In this document: in pieces, positions 8,805 to 18,639 of the stretch | How positions within the stretch are numbered: the first letter of the stretch is position 1 | How the letters are laid out: each line of letters starts with the position of its first letter | Source: a virus | DNA length: 64,000 nucleotides | Direction: 5' to 3' (one strand) | IMG/VR virus record: IMGVR_UViG_3300022843_000001 | Coordinates: 96,001 to 160,000 of that record | The notes under the pieces: generated by a model | What the model saw: only the letters and a program-made list of their open reading frames with translations | What the model was told of the DNA's origin: nothing | The model's database searches: none | Position numbers and translations under genes: made by a program

Positions 8805-11039
8805 TTATGCAATCATTTCGATAAACTTGGTAGCAAACAATCGGGTAGATTTTTTACCAACGCTGTGTTTCTTAAATGCGCTACGTATCTGAGTCGCGGT
8901 GGCATTTTCCTGAACTTCAAATTCTTTCTTTTCAGCATTAAGATCTTTGGTATTCATAAAAAACAGACGGTTATAGCCTAGAACGTTATCGACAGGAACA
9001 AAATGATTTTTTCTAAATTCCTTGTTCATAGAGTATATATCAAAGGGCTTTTTATATCCACAAAACGCTGCATAATTCATTTTTTTTTCCATTTGTCTTT
9101 TATTTGTCGCTACAAAGTAACCAATAACATTAAATTCAGTCTGAAGATATTCAAACATATCTTTTTGCAGATTTTTATATCGATCTTCTCGAGTATTATA
9201 TGTGTATATTTTACCATCAATTTCTACTTTATAATGTTGTGGCAACCGGCCGAACTGCCGGTTGAAGTACGCTGGGTCTACTCGATGAGCATTCATACTA
9301 GGGTCTAGGTGATGATTTACATCACCGCCGTCCCCGTCAGTCAAAAATATCGCGGTTACCTTTTGCACATTATTTAATCTCTTAAAATCCCGAATTATAT
9401 GTCTAGCCATCATGATGGTTTCGACCAGAGGTGTGCCACCTAATCGATAATCTTGTATAGGATAGTTCCTGCGAATTAAATCACCATAAGGTCCTTCAAT
9501 AGCTAATTCCAAAAGAAAATGATAACTTGAAGTGTATTCATCTTTATTCATCCGTGATGATAGTATATGTCTAATAATACTATCGCTAACGTCAATATCT
9601 TGATCTTGAAGTGTATGAGTGATCCCTATCACTTTCTCCCTATGTTTTGATTCATTAGAAGAAGAACACGTAAAAGTATAAATATCAAAGGGTATATAAG
9701 CTCGTTTACAAAATGCGGCCAGTATCAAACTCTGCTTAATAACATCTCCTAAATCACCGTTCATAGAGCCAGAAGCGTCGATAAACATAACCATTCCATG
9801 GCTCTTAGCATCCGCCAAATTAGTAACAGATTTGAAAACATCGTCGTCATATTTGTAAGAAAACATGCGGTTAACGTCAAGCACACCTTTAGAAGAAGTC
9901 GTGGCCCGTTGATATTGAAAAGCATGTTTTTTTAAGTCAAATTCCTTAATCATCAACGATACAGAAGATTTAGACGTTTCCATAAAATCATCATATTTTT
10001 TTTTGTTGTGTGTAGACATCTCCTTAAAAGTAATCTTTTTTTCGATTAAAGCGGTTTCTTGATAGTTCTTTCGATTATCAAGAACTTCTTTATAACCAAC
10101 AACACAAGTTTTAGTAGTCTTTTTCGAAACAGCTTTAATATAATGAATGAACTCGCCACCGTTTTGAGTTAGATCGCCATTCTTTTCGTGTTCACGAAAC
10201 GCCGAATCTGTAAAAGGTTCGGGTGGAGTTTCAAAATCATCTTTCTTTGACATATCCACATCATGCGAACCTTTTTTGCCCATTGATCCGGCAGAATCCT
10301 CATCGGCTTGATCACTTGGCTCATCACCACCAGAATCTTCCTCGGCTTCCTCGGCTTGATCACTTGGCTCATCACTGACAGAATCCTCAGCGACTTCATC
10401 ACTGGCAGAATCCTCAGCGACTTCATCACTTGGCTCTTCATCTTCAAGATTGTCGATCAAATCTTTCATTTCCTTTTCCTTTTCCTTTTGTCTTTCTTTT
10501 AGCTCGTCGGCATAACCACCAAGCATTCTACAAACTCTAAGAGTGTCTTCCCAAGTTTCAACCGCCATTGCAGCTTTAAGCAAAGGTTGTTCTTCATCTG
10601 TAAAGTTGATATCTAACAAATTACGAACCTTGGCTTTAATGTTTAGTCGATCTATAAAATGTAGAGAGTTAACATCTTTGTCGTCAATACCGAAGAAGTT
10701 TCTATTTAACAAATCCATATAACCGCGTTTGAAACAAAGAACAAGTCCTGGATAGGTTCTAATCACCAACTTTTCAATTCTAATGTCTTCAATTATATTA
10801 ATAAACGATCTTGGTATGCCAGGGACTTCTTCTTTAGCATCATGCCAACCTTGTGTTGGAGTGTAAAGAGCATGGCCAACTTCGTGGCCAATCATCAGGT
10901 CATTAAGATGTTTAGATTCAGAGGTCCACAAAGGAAGACCAAGAGTACGAGTTTTAGGAACAAAGAAGGCTGTTTTGTAGTTTCCAACTTGAACCGTAAT
11001 ATCTTCTTTGGCTAGTAGATTAACAATGAGTTTATTCAT
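8805..11039 (-). CDS. cobT: CobT-like protein: N-terminal HEXXH peptidase-like domain, acidic linker, C-terminal vWA domain
   Basis: GHEVGHALYT, IIEDIRIEK, FIDASGSM MIDAS, GGTPL, FLTDGD. Confidence 0.85.
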   Translation of the reverse strand: MNKLIVNLLAKEDITVQVGNYKTAFFVPKTRTLGLPLWTSESKHLNDLMIGHEVGHALYTPTQGWHDAKEEVPGIPRSFINIIEDIRIEKLVIRTYPGLVLCFKRGYMDLLNRNFFGIDDKDVNSLHFIDRLNIKAKVRNLLDINFTDEEQPLLKAAMAVETWEDTLRVCRMLGGYADELKERQKEKEKEMKDLIDNLEDEEPSDEVAEDSASDEVAEDSVSDEPSDQAEEAEEDSGGDEPSDQADEDSAGSMGKKGSHDVDMSKKDDFETPPEPFTDSAFREHEKNGDLTQNGGEFIHYIKAVSKKTTKTCVVGYKEVLDNRKNYQETALIEKKITFKEMSTHNKKKYDDFMETSKSSVSLMIKEFDLKKHAFQYQRATTSSKGVLDVNRMFSYKYDDDVFKSVTNLADAKSHGMVMFIDASGSMNGDLGDVIKQSLILAAFCKRAYIPFDIYTFTCSSSNESKHREKVIGITHTLQDQDIDVSDSIIRHILSSRMNKDEYTSSYHFLLELAIEGPYGDLIRRNYPIQDYRLGGTPLVETIMMARHIIRDFKRLNNVQKVTAIFLTDGDGGDVNHHLDPSMNAHRVDPAYFNRQFGRLPQHYKVEIDGKIYTYNTREDRYKNLQKDMFEYLQTEFNVIGYFVATNKRQMEKKMNYAAFCGYKKPFDIYSMNKEFRKNHFVPVDNVLGYNRLFFMNTKDLNAEKKEFEVQENATATQIRSAFKKHSVGKKSTRLFATKFIEMIA
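10303..10430. repeat. Tandem and dispersed coding repeats in the acidic linker of the CobT-like gene
   Basis: CAGAATCCTCAGCGACTTCATCACT twice (27-nt period); TCGGCTTGATCACTTGGCTCATCAC twice (48-nt period). Confidence 0.85.
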
Positions 11040-11053
11040 TTCTTCAATTCCTT

Positions 11054-11101
11054 AATTTCTATACATGTATTATACCATAACCCAAGTACAATGTCAATAA
11101 C
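11054..11101 (-). promoter_or_regulatory. Sigma70 early promoter for the cobT-like gene
   Basis: TTGACA (11092-11097)-17-TATAAT (11069-11074). Confidence 0.85.
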
Positions 11102-11188
11102 AATTTGCAAACTTGTAGTTATAACGATATAACTAAATGTTATATCGGTAAGATTATTTGGTGTAGGTGTTTTCCAATTCATACGACC

Positions 11189-11217
11189 ATTATATAGGGA
11201 TTTCAGTATAATGTCAA
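11189..11217 (-). promoter_or_regulatory. Second tandem sigma70 promoter
   Basis: TTGACA (11212-11217)-17-TATAAT (11189-11194). Confidence 0.75.
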
Positions 11218-11348
11218 CAACTATTTTTGATTTAGACAGAACTTGGAGTTATAACGTTATAACATTTAGTTATATAAGATACGCTGAGTACGCTGCATGC
11301 TTTTAGAGTTGCTTGGTGATTACCGTGAAGGATTCAAGCCAGATATGT

Positions 11349-11390
11349 AAAAAATGTTCTAGTACCGACACATTACGAAGGTACTAGAAC
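11349..11390 (-). terminator. Intrinsic terminator after g46
   Basis: 11-bp stem GTTCTAGTACC/GGTACTAGAAC followed by a T-run on minus. Confidence 0.75.
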
Positions 11391-11397
11391 GTTTCTA

Positions 11398-13113
11398 TTA
11401 TTTTATGACACTAAAGTTACGAGACTTGACGAATTCTATCTTAGATCGAAACTTATCCGCGAGCATATCGCCTTTGTGAGATATGATAAAGGTGTTGCTT
11501 TCGGTGCCCAGAGTGTCCATTATCTTCATAAGGTTATCAACTGAGTCCTGATCAAGACTAGAGTCAAATGTTTCATCCAATATCAACAAGTTGGTGCTAG
11601 CGCTGTTCTTTAACTTCGCGATCTGTCGCCACGCAAATAACAAGGAAATATCAATCTTCATCTTCTCCCCTTCACTGAATGAGGAATAGCTGAAAGCATC
11701 TCTATATCTTGATCTGATGGTCTCGTTAAAGTTTTCATCGATGTTGAAGTCCACAAAGAAGTCAAGAATCTGTAAATACTTATTTACAATAATATTCATG
11801 ACAGGAAGATACTCTTTTATGATTTTTGTCTTTATGCCTGTGTCCTTCAACATCTCATTACAAGCATTAAAATACGTTTGCTCTTCATTAAGTTTAGATT
11901 TAGTTTCAACCATAATGTCTCTTTGATTTATAAGATCATTTAGATTTTCGGTTGCTACACCAATATCTCCATCCTGATTACTTAATTTAATGAGACCAGC
12001 ATTCTTATTATTGATAATACTATTCAGTCTTTTGATAACAGACATGTTATTTCGAATGGTCCCTTTATGATCATTCATTTTGTCCATCTCTTGCTGTAGT
12101 TCAGTCATGGCCAATTTGTTTGAATTTGAAGTATCTTCAAGAGTTGCCATTGCCTGTTGCAACTCTGTTGCTTTTGATTCACACGATCTGATATTATGAT
12201 TCTTGGTATTTTCCTCAATTTGAATACCACACGAAGGACAATGATCATTGTCCGTGTAGAACTTAGCATCCTTTACTATATCATTCATTTTTTGTTTGAA
12301 TTGTGCGGCGTATTCAACCAACTTAAGATTTTGATCGTTAGATTTATTCAATTCTTTTAATACCACATCAAACCTTGTATCGATCTCTGACTGTAAGTCG
12401 CTGTTGTGTTGATCATACTTAGTTATGTCTGCTGCAAGGCTTTCAACTTCTGTCTGTATACCAACCAAAGTGTTCTGATTAAGTACTGCTACTTTGTCTA
12501 TATGACCTTTCTGCATATCTATCTTGTCTTTAAGAAGATCGTTCTGATAGACAACTTCTTTTAGATGATCTTTATTCTTATTAAGTCGATCTTTCATGAT
12601 ACTATTCATTTTAGAAAATATGTTTATATCTAAAAGATCTTCTATTACTTCGCGCCGATGACCAGCAGGCAGCTGCATAAACGGAATAAAAGAACTAGAA
12701 CCTAAAACTACAATCTGATGAAACGATTTGTGGTTCATCTTAATTATGTTGAGTTCAAGAAACTTCTGATAATCCCTTGCTTTTGCATCTTGGTTGATTA
12801 ATGTATCATTCTGATATATTTCAAAACGAGCAGGCTTGATGCCTCGTATAATAAGAAAAGATTGCTTTCCTATATTAAATTCAACTTCCGCTACACAATT
12901 CTTTCCGTTAATAGAGTTTATCAGTTGTGGCTTTGTGATGTTTCTATGAGGTTTGCCAAATAGTGCAAATGACAAAGCATCTGTCATAGTAGACTTTCCA
13001 GAACCATTCTTGCCTACAACTAGTGTAGTTTGAGATCGATCAAGAGCAATCTCAGTAAAAGCATCGCCCGTACTGAGAAAGTTTTTATATCGAAGTTTAG
13101 TAAAGTGTATAAT
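11398..13113 (-). CDS. g46: Recombination nuclease ATPase subunit gp46 (SbcC/Rad50-like)
   Basis: In-frame extension upstream of the track ORF gives IIHFTKLRYKNFLSTG...GKNGSGKST; FSEGEK, LDETFDSSLD; probable ATT start at 13113. Confidence 0.92.
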   Translation of the reverse strand: MIHFTKLRYKNFLSTGDAFTEIALDRSQTTLVVGKNGSGKSTMTDALSFALFGKPHRNITKPQLINSINGKNCVAEVEFNIGKQSFLIIRGIKPARFEIYQNDTLINQDAKARDYQKFLELNIIKMNHKSFHQIVVLGSSSFIPFMQLPAGHRREVIEDLLDINIFSKMNSIMKDRLNKNKDHLKEVVYQNDLLKDKIDMQKGHIDKVAVLNQNTLVGIQTEVESLAADITKYDQHNSDLQSEIDTRFDVVLKELNKSNDQNLKLVEYAAQFKQKMNDIVKDAKFYTDNDHCPSCGIQIEENTKNHNIRSCESKATELQQAMATLEDTSNSNKLAMTELQQEMDKMNDHKGTIRNNMSVIKRLNSIINNKNAGLIKLSNQDGDIGVATENLNDLINQRDIMVETKSKLNEEQTYFNACNEMLKDTGIKTKIIKEYLPVMNIIVNKYLQILDFFVDFNIDENFNETIRSRYRDAFSYSSFSEGEKMKIDISLLFAWRQIAKLKNSASTNLLILDETFDSSLDQDSVDNLMKIMDTLGTESNTFIISHKGDMLADKFRSKIEFVKSRNFSVIK

Positions 13114-13151
13114 AGGTAGTACCCCAATTCATTATGTAATTTTGCATTAAG

Positions 13152-13748
13152 TTATTTCTCATACCAATTTCTCATCAGATTGTCTTTCCAAGGTAACATC
13201 CTTAAGTTATCTTTTTGAGACAATTCCTCAGCTGAAAGGCCGTTTTCAAATCCGAATTTAATCGTTATAATATGGTCCAGTTGGTATCCGCCATCAACAC
13301 CACATATAGTTCGGGGATGATCGTTCGGATTAATTTCCTCTTTGTACATTTCATATATTTTCTGTGTAAGTCGATGCACTCTACCTCCAAATTTTTTAAA
13401 TTCTGGCGTAGTGTCTTTGCTTTGAGCCTTACTGAATGACTCAGTCTGCGTATATGATCTATCAATATTTCGTACTTTAGTTAGATATTCCTCATTTATA
13501 TGCATACATGATCTAGAACAATATTTACGATTGCTAGATGGAACGACTAACATTAACACTCCACACTCCCCGCAAATTTTGTTATTTTTTGGCCCGTGTT
13601 TTGGTCCACTTCCAACTTGGCGCTTTGCACATATTTGATAATGCTTTAATAATCTGCTTACTGTAGGTCTAGATATATTAAAGTTCTTCATAATTTCATC
13701 ATAGGTATGGTCTTTAACCCATAATATATCTTCTTCTGATAAACGCAT
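13152..13748 (-). mobile_element. Free-standing HNH homing endonuclease
   Basis: YQLDHIITIK...NLRMLPWKDNLM; Zn-finger-like CxxC; own late promoter TATAAATA at 13771-13778. Confidence 0.8.
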
Positions 13749-13819
13749 ATTAATCTCTTTTGTATGGAGTTATTTATACATTTCCATTTTTCCATTTCAG
13801 TTTAGTAAAACTTATCATA

Positions 13820-14314
13820 TTAGTGCTTCCAAGTTACCGCCTGATGACCTTTATGTTTAACCATCCAGTCTGCGCAGTAACTTGCAGCAAAAGCATCTGG
13901 TTTCGCCTTGGCTTTCATGCCAGTCATACCCATTACATAACCAGTCGCTTCGTTAATAACGATACTGGAGTTATGCTTTTTATTAGGGTTAATGTCAAGG
14001 TGGATTTCACATTCAAAGTTTTCTAATTCTTCTGCTAATTCCATATACAAACCAACGACCTTATACGACTCATTCATAAGACGCATTCTAGGTTTTGCTT
14101 TGTTTGGGTCATAATCCCGTTCAGTATCGCTGTAACCAAATACTCTACAACCATGGCGGCCGCTAAGATGAATTACCACCACGGTAGTATATCTGGCATA
14201 CCACGTATTGCCTTTCTTATACTTAACGGAGTCACAACCTAAATAGATCTTTGAGTCGTCCTCTACTGTGGTAAGGAATTCTTTAATTTCTTCAATTTCA
14301 ATCTGATTAAACAT
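13820..14314 (-). CDS. RNase H-fold protein (YkuK/DUF458-like)
   Basis: IYLGCDS, RLMNE, EIHLDIN, KPDAFAASYCAD. Confidence 0.75.
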   Translation of the reverse strand: MFNQIEIEEIKEFLTTVEDDSKIYLGCDSVKYKKGNTWYARYTTVVVIHLSGRHGCRVFGYSDTERDYDPNKAKPRMRLMNESYKVVGLYMELAEELENFECEIHLDINPNKKHNSSIVINEATGYVMGMTGMKAKAKPDAFAASYCADWMVKHKGHQAVTWKH

Positions 14315-14317
14315 TAT

Positions 14318-15379
14318 TTAAACTACCTCTAAATTTAAAGCCTCAATGTAGACTTCTTGCATCAATTGCTTGATTCTTTCTTTATTCAAATCCGTTTCTA
14401 CATTCATCACGTAACCATCCAATAACTCCGTGGTATCTTCTACCGTAATGTTATTGTCTGAGGTGTTCATCCCTGCAAATTCATCGAACGATTCCGCGAT
14501 CTTTAGATCATGGACGCCCACATCATTAATCCTATCAACAAACTTATCAAAAGAGTAAGGGTCGGATTTATGTACAACCACGATCTTTATAAATTTGTCT
14601 GTGAACTTTTGCACATCAACTGTGCTATAGTCGGTGGTCTTATCATCATATATTATCTTCTCAAATAGAGTCACCGAATTATGTACTGGACTCATGATTC
14701 GAGTATCTGTATCAAATATATGGAAATACTTAGGATCATGAGCATCAGCCCATGTAAATTCAAGTTGTGACCCAAGATATGTTATATTGCCCTGAGAAGA
14801 CTTTGTATGAAAGTGCCCAGACCACACCTGTTCAAAGCGCTTGAATGCCTCCATACCCATACCATGCTGGTTTTTAATACCTTTCATCATATCAAAACCC
14901 ACCAACTCTAGGTGTGCTCCAAGAAAGTCTGCTTTACAGTTCTGCACAAAGTTCATGCTTTCTTTATAGTTATAGTTATTAATCCACGGCAACAGGGCAA
15001 TATTGCAACCGTCATAGTTCATAACCCGTGGCTCCATTACTATATTTATCTCGTTCATGTAATGACCTAGCAACTCTTTTAGTGAACAAAGATCGTTGTC
15101 ATTCTTATAAAAAACATCATGATTCCCAGGTATGATATCCATAGTGATACCAAACTTCTTTAGGTTGTCTAGAAAGTGCTTACGATTTTCGTGAAGTGCT
15201 TTAAAGTTTATAAACTTTCGGTGGTCGTAATAGTCACCCAGATGAATAATTGTAGTGATGCCATGTTTAACTAAATAAGGAAAAAACACATTCTCATAAA
15301 AGTCGGCCTGATACCTAATAAAGATCTCAGACGAGTTTCGTATACCACAATGAGTATCATTTAAAAATGCAATTTTCAT
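14318..15379 (-). CDS. g47: Recombination nuclease subunit gp47 (Mre11-like)
   Basis: NDTHCG, HLGDYYD, PGNHD, SGHFH. Confidence 0.95.
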   Translation of the reverse strand: MKIAFLNDTHCGIRNSSEIFIRYQADFYENVFFPYLVKHGITTIIHLGDYYDHRKFINFKALHENRKHFLDNLKKFGITMDIIPGNHDVFYKNDNDLCSLKELLGHYMNEINIVMEPRVMNYDGCNIALLPWINNYNYKESMNFVQNCKADFLGAHLELVGFDMMKGIKNQHGMGMEAFKRFEQVWSGHFHTKSSQGNITYLGSQLEFTWADAHDPKYFHIFDTDTRIMSPVHNSVTLFEKIIYDDKTTDYSTVDVQKFTDKFIKIVVVHKSDPYSFDKFVDRINDVGVHDLKIAESFDEFAGMNTSDNNITVEDTTELLDGYVMNVETDLNKERIKQLMQEVYIEALNLEVV

Positions 15380-15612
15380 GATAGATCTTTACTTTCAGGC
15401 CAGTTTCTGAGTCCTTTGCTTTTCAATTCAAGATCAGTCATTATCTTAATAACATAATCTGACGCGTTATTAAGATTTAGTCGAATTGAATATTCATCAA
15501 CATTGTGGCCAAATGGCTGGTCATTTCTTACTAGCATTTCAAATGCTTCTGTATATCTATTAGAAGATAATAGATATGTTTTGTATTTTGCCTTCATAAA
15601 AATGTTGCTCAA
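15376..15612 (-). CDS. Hypothetical protein
   Basis: ORF overlapping the g47 start by 4 nt. Confidence 0.55.
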   Translation of the reverse strand: MSNIFMKAKYKTYLLSSNRYTEAFEMLVRNDQPFGHNVDEYSIRLNLNNASDYVIKIMTDLELKSKGLRNWPESKDLS

Positions 15613-15623
15613 ATTAAAGTTTG

Positions 15624-15791
15624 TTAGTTATCATTGTCGCTAATATCCCAATCCTGTCGTTCCGAATCCATTCGAGAATCATTAAATGCCGTCATATATT
15701 TTGTAGATACCAATTCAGTTTTTACTGCTGAATCTGATTTTACTACCACAACCTCTTGAAGTTTTACGTTATCTTCGGGTGTATAAAACAT
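15624..15791 (-). CDS. Small hypothetical protein (55 aa, not in the track)
   Basis: ATG 4 nt after the g55 stop: MFYTPEDNVKLQEVVVVKSD...DNDN*. Confidence 0.5.
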   Translation of the reverse strand: MFYTPEDNVKLQEVVVVKSDSAVKTELVSTKYMTAFNDSRMDSERQDWDISDNDN

Positions 15792-15795
15792 ATTT

Positions 15796-16392
15796 CTACC
15801 TATTGAATGTGAATAATTCCAACCCTTCTTTTTTAGCTTTTTGTGCTTTCTTCTCAGCTTTTATCTTTTTCTTGGTAAACCCATCGTCTTCCTTTACTCT
15901 TTGAATTCGTGATCTTAAATCATCGACAAAGGTATGATCAATGCTACTTAAATGGTTTAGTTCTTCATCATTTAGATACATAAAATCATCGTAACCAGAT
16001 CTTTCTATGAATTTAAATTTAATATCTTGTTGCTTCTTCTCCTTTGCTATTCGACGCAAAAATGCAAAATAGCTAATTTGAGTAAAGTACGAAAAGGCAT
16101 TTGGATTACCCGTTCGAGTTGCTGCTTCAATGTTATAGTTAACTATGGCTCGTAAGTTGTTTTCTACTGCATCCATTACCATCTCATCTCGATATGTATA
16201 TCTAATGAAGTTTGATTTGTAGGACAACCCTTCTGCTATTTTTAGAAAGCATCTGGCAATATATTCTGGAACAACTGGCACCACGGTTTCATTTTCTTTG
16301 GCCGTGTTTGCAATCTTAACATAATCACAAACTGCTTGTGAGAAGTTTTTATTGTTCACGTAATGCGGTTTATCTTTAGGTTTAATCTTCAT
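15796..16392 (-). CDS. g55: Late-transcription sigma factor gp55
   Basis: HYVNNKNF, KIAEGLSYKSNFIRYTYRDEMVMDAVEN, NAFSYFTQI. Confidence 0.96.
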   Translation of the reverse strand: MKIKPKDKPHYVNNKNFSQAVCDYVKIANTAKENETVVPVVPEYIARCFLKIAEGLSYKSNFIRYTYRDEMVMDAVENNLRAIVNYNIEAATRTGNPNAFSYFTQISYFAFLRRIAKEKKQQDIKFKFIERSGYDDFMYLNDEELNHLSSIDHTFVDDLRSRIQRVKEDDGFTKKKIKAEKKAQKAKKEGLELFTFNR

Positions 16393-16413
16393 TGTTTGTT
16401 TCCTTTATAATGT

Positions 16414-16442
16414 ATTATACACCATCTTGGCGTATTTGTCAA
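16414..16442 (-). promoter_or_regulatory. Sigma70 promoter for g55
   Basis: TTGACA-17-TATAAT on minus. Confidence 0.8.
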
Positions 16443-16476
16443 TAACTATTTAATATTAAACTTATTCACAAAATGG

Positions 16477-16505
16477 TTGACAAACTTGTGTAGTTGTGTT
16501 ATAAT
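16477..16505 (+). promoter_or_regulatory. Divergent sigma70 promoter pointing antisense into the uvsW operon
   Basis: TTGACA (16477-16482)-17-TATAAT (16500-16505) on plus, with no plus-strand ORF following. Confidence 0.75.
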
Positions 16506-16545
16506 AACTAAGTCGTGCCGGGGCAGGTTGGTGTACACTAAATAT

Positions 16546-16902
16546 CTAATGTAAGGTCAACCCTTCGGGATTGCCCTCCTGCGGTTCTTCTTCCTGCAAG
16601 GCATCCTTTAATTCCTGTCCTACGATTTTACTTAATGCATCCACGTAAAAGTTACACATTTCTGCATTAGGCTCTGCTATAACAATTCCAGTCTTCATAA
16701 TTGTCACGGTGTTGTTCTCTGCAAAGTTCATGAAGTCCTTCATATAATAAGTATACTTATCTTCTTCTGAATTGCTTTTAACTACTTCAAGACTGTCTTG
16801 CATTTCAATATAGACATCATTTTGGAATGTAACATTACCTACAATAAACTCTCCAGTGGCAAGTTTTATATACAATAATTGTACTTCATTTATAGCTCTC
16901 AT
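16546..16902 (-). CDS. Conserved hypothetical protein downstream of uvsW
   Basis: IKLATGEFIVG Sm-like start, C-terminal TLH; usual position between uvsW and g55. Confidence 0.7.
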   Translation of the reverse strand: MRAINEVQLLYIKLATGEFIVGNVTFQNDVYIEMQDSLEVVKSNSEEDKYTYYMKDFMNFAENNTVTIMKTGIVIAEPNAEMCNFYVDALSKIVGQELKDALQEEEPQEGNPEGLTLH

Positions 16903-17813
16903 TTTAAAGGTACCTCATAAACTTTATAATCAAATTCTTGTTGACTGTATATCTTAATTCTTTCTGCTGCATGATTTAATGCATAATTTTTATGTGATTT
17001 CCAATGCAAGTCGTCTGCAATGTCATACACGGTTGTAATTCTTCCATCATCAGATTTTCTCAAACCACGTCCTATCGATTGTAAAATCTTAATTTGGCTC
17101 TTCGACGGAGATGCAAAGACAATATTGTGTAGGTTCCTAATATTTATACCTGTAGAAAATACACCTAAACTAGCAACAATAATCGCATTCTTTTGTGTTT
17201 CAGTTAGTTTCCGTACATACTCTCTGGTATCGGCATCAGTCTTACCAGACACATAAAAGATCTTTCTTCTTTCGTGAGCATGCTTTTCTATAAGAGCATG
17301 TAGTGGTATACCATGCTTTTCCACAAACTGAAACAAGATTAAAGTATTACCATCTAGATCAAGAGCAAGATTTTTGATAAAGTTGTTACGTTTTTCGTGC
17401 CGAACAATAAAATCAATCTCGTCAGGATACTTCATCTTCTTAACTAACTTACATTCTTCATCTCTAAACTTCAACAATAGAATGTTAATATTCAGGCCAG
17501 CGAGAGTTCCATCATCAATAAGTTTCTTGGTTGTTGTCACGTAATGTGCTTTACCAAAGTGACCTTCAAGCTGCAATCTATGGCTCTTTGCAGAGCTGTC
17601 TTTGATAGTACCGGTAGTGCCAAATCTATATGCTGCTTCTGATAAGTTGGACATAATAGAGGTCAGAGACTTTGCTGTAGCGAGGTGCGCTTCATCCACT
17701 ACGACACAACCATACCTTTCAAACCAACTCTTATTGAGCTTGTATATAGACTGCCATGTTGATATTACAATTCTGGGTGTTGTAGTTTTTCTAGTTATTT
17801 TTTTTATTTTCAT
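16899..17813 (-). CDS. uvsW: UvsW helicase, C-terminal half
   Basis: VISTWQSIY, DEAH, GTTGT, STGINI, QSIGRGLR. Confidence 0.92.
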   Translation of the reverse strand: MKIKKITRKTTTPRIVISTWQSIYKLNKSWFERYGCVVVDEAHLATAKSLTSIMSNLSEAAYRFGTTGTIKDSSAKSHRLQLEGHFGKAHYVTTTKKLIDDGTLAGLNINILLLKFRDEECKLVKKMKYPDEIDFIVRHEKRNNFIKNLALDLDGNTLILFQFVEKHGIPLHALIEKHAHERRKIFYVSGKTDADTREYVRKLTETQKNAIIVASLGVFSTGINIRNLHNIVFASPSKSQIKILQSIGRGLRKSDDGRITTVYDIADDLHWKSHKNYALNHAAERIKIYSQQEFDYKVYEVPLK

Positions 17814-18639
17814 GATATGATCTTATATGTTTAGGGATGCAATGTGCCGCCATAGCTCTATCACAATATTCACATTTGATTTTGGGTTTTGATCGACCCT
17901 TCGCTTTAGTTGTAGTACCCTTATTGTGACCTTGTTGGATCCAATCATCTCCGGGCTTTTCGTTTGCTTGAGTACGTTCATAGGTTACAGTATTATACCA
18001 ACACTTTCTACCTTTCATATCAGGCATAGAATCAAGTTTTTTCTGAACAAAAACAGGATTTTGCATAGGATTGTTAGTATTCCACACATTCGTTTTATTT
18101 TTAGTACGAGTTTCTATAGACTTCTTATGAGTTTCCTCATCATTGAAGGGACTGTGCTCTTTCATAAACTCGCGTTGATTTTCTCTTTTCCCCGAATTCC
18201 ATTCAGCAACCATCATCTCAGATTGAGTGATGGCGTCCCTTCGCCCATCTTTGTAACTAGCTTTCATATCTTCGGACATCATGGCTGCAAGGTCTCTTTT
18301 TAGACTTTCGTATACCCTATTGGTTACACGACTTTCTGTGTTATTTGATTTCATAGACATTGCTGTATATGCCCTTAACATAGAATATCGACCTTTGTCC
18401 GTTATAAATTTAGGCAACAGCACGTGTGCTAAATAATGTTCCCTTGCTGTTAATCTTACCATATTATTTTTTGCATTACAACCACCAAGAGATTTAGGTA
18501 ATATGTGATGGTTTTCGGTGTAATTGTCTCTATCTACAGGATTAGCTAACCGGTTAGCTATTATATTACAATACCAATTATAATATTTGTTTATGTTCTT
18601 GCCCTTGTAGCCATTTATCGTCAATTTCGTGAGATTCAT
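17791..18639 (-). mobile_element. MobE/MobB-like HNH homing endonuclease inserted into uvsW
   Basis: TENHHILPKSLGG...NMVRLTAREHYLAH; overlaps both uvsW halves. Confidence 0.88.

Noticed and set aside
10169-10502. Alternative-frame and antisense ORFs in the cobT linker
   Set aside because: By-products of the tandem repeats; no SD or homology
11398-12987. Track start of g46 at 12987 (also track starts 1537, 36004, 43513, 47795)
   Set aside because: Motifs, SD position and gene overlaps support 13113, 1498, 35941, 43471 and 47834 instead
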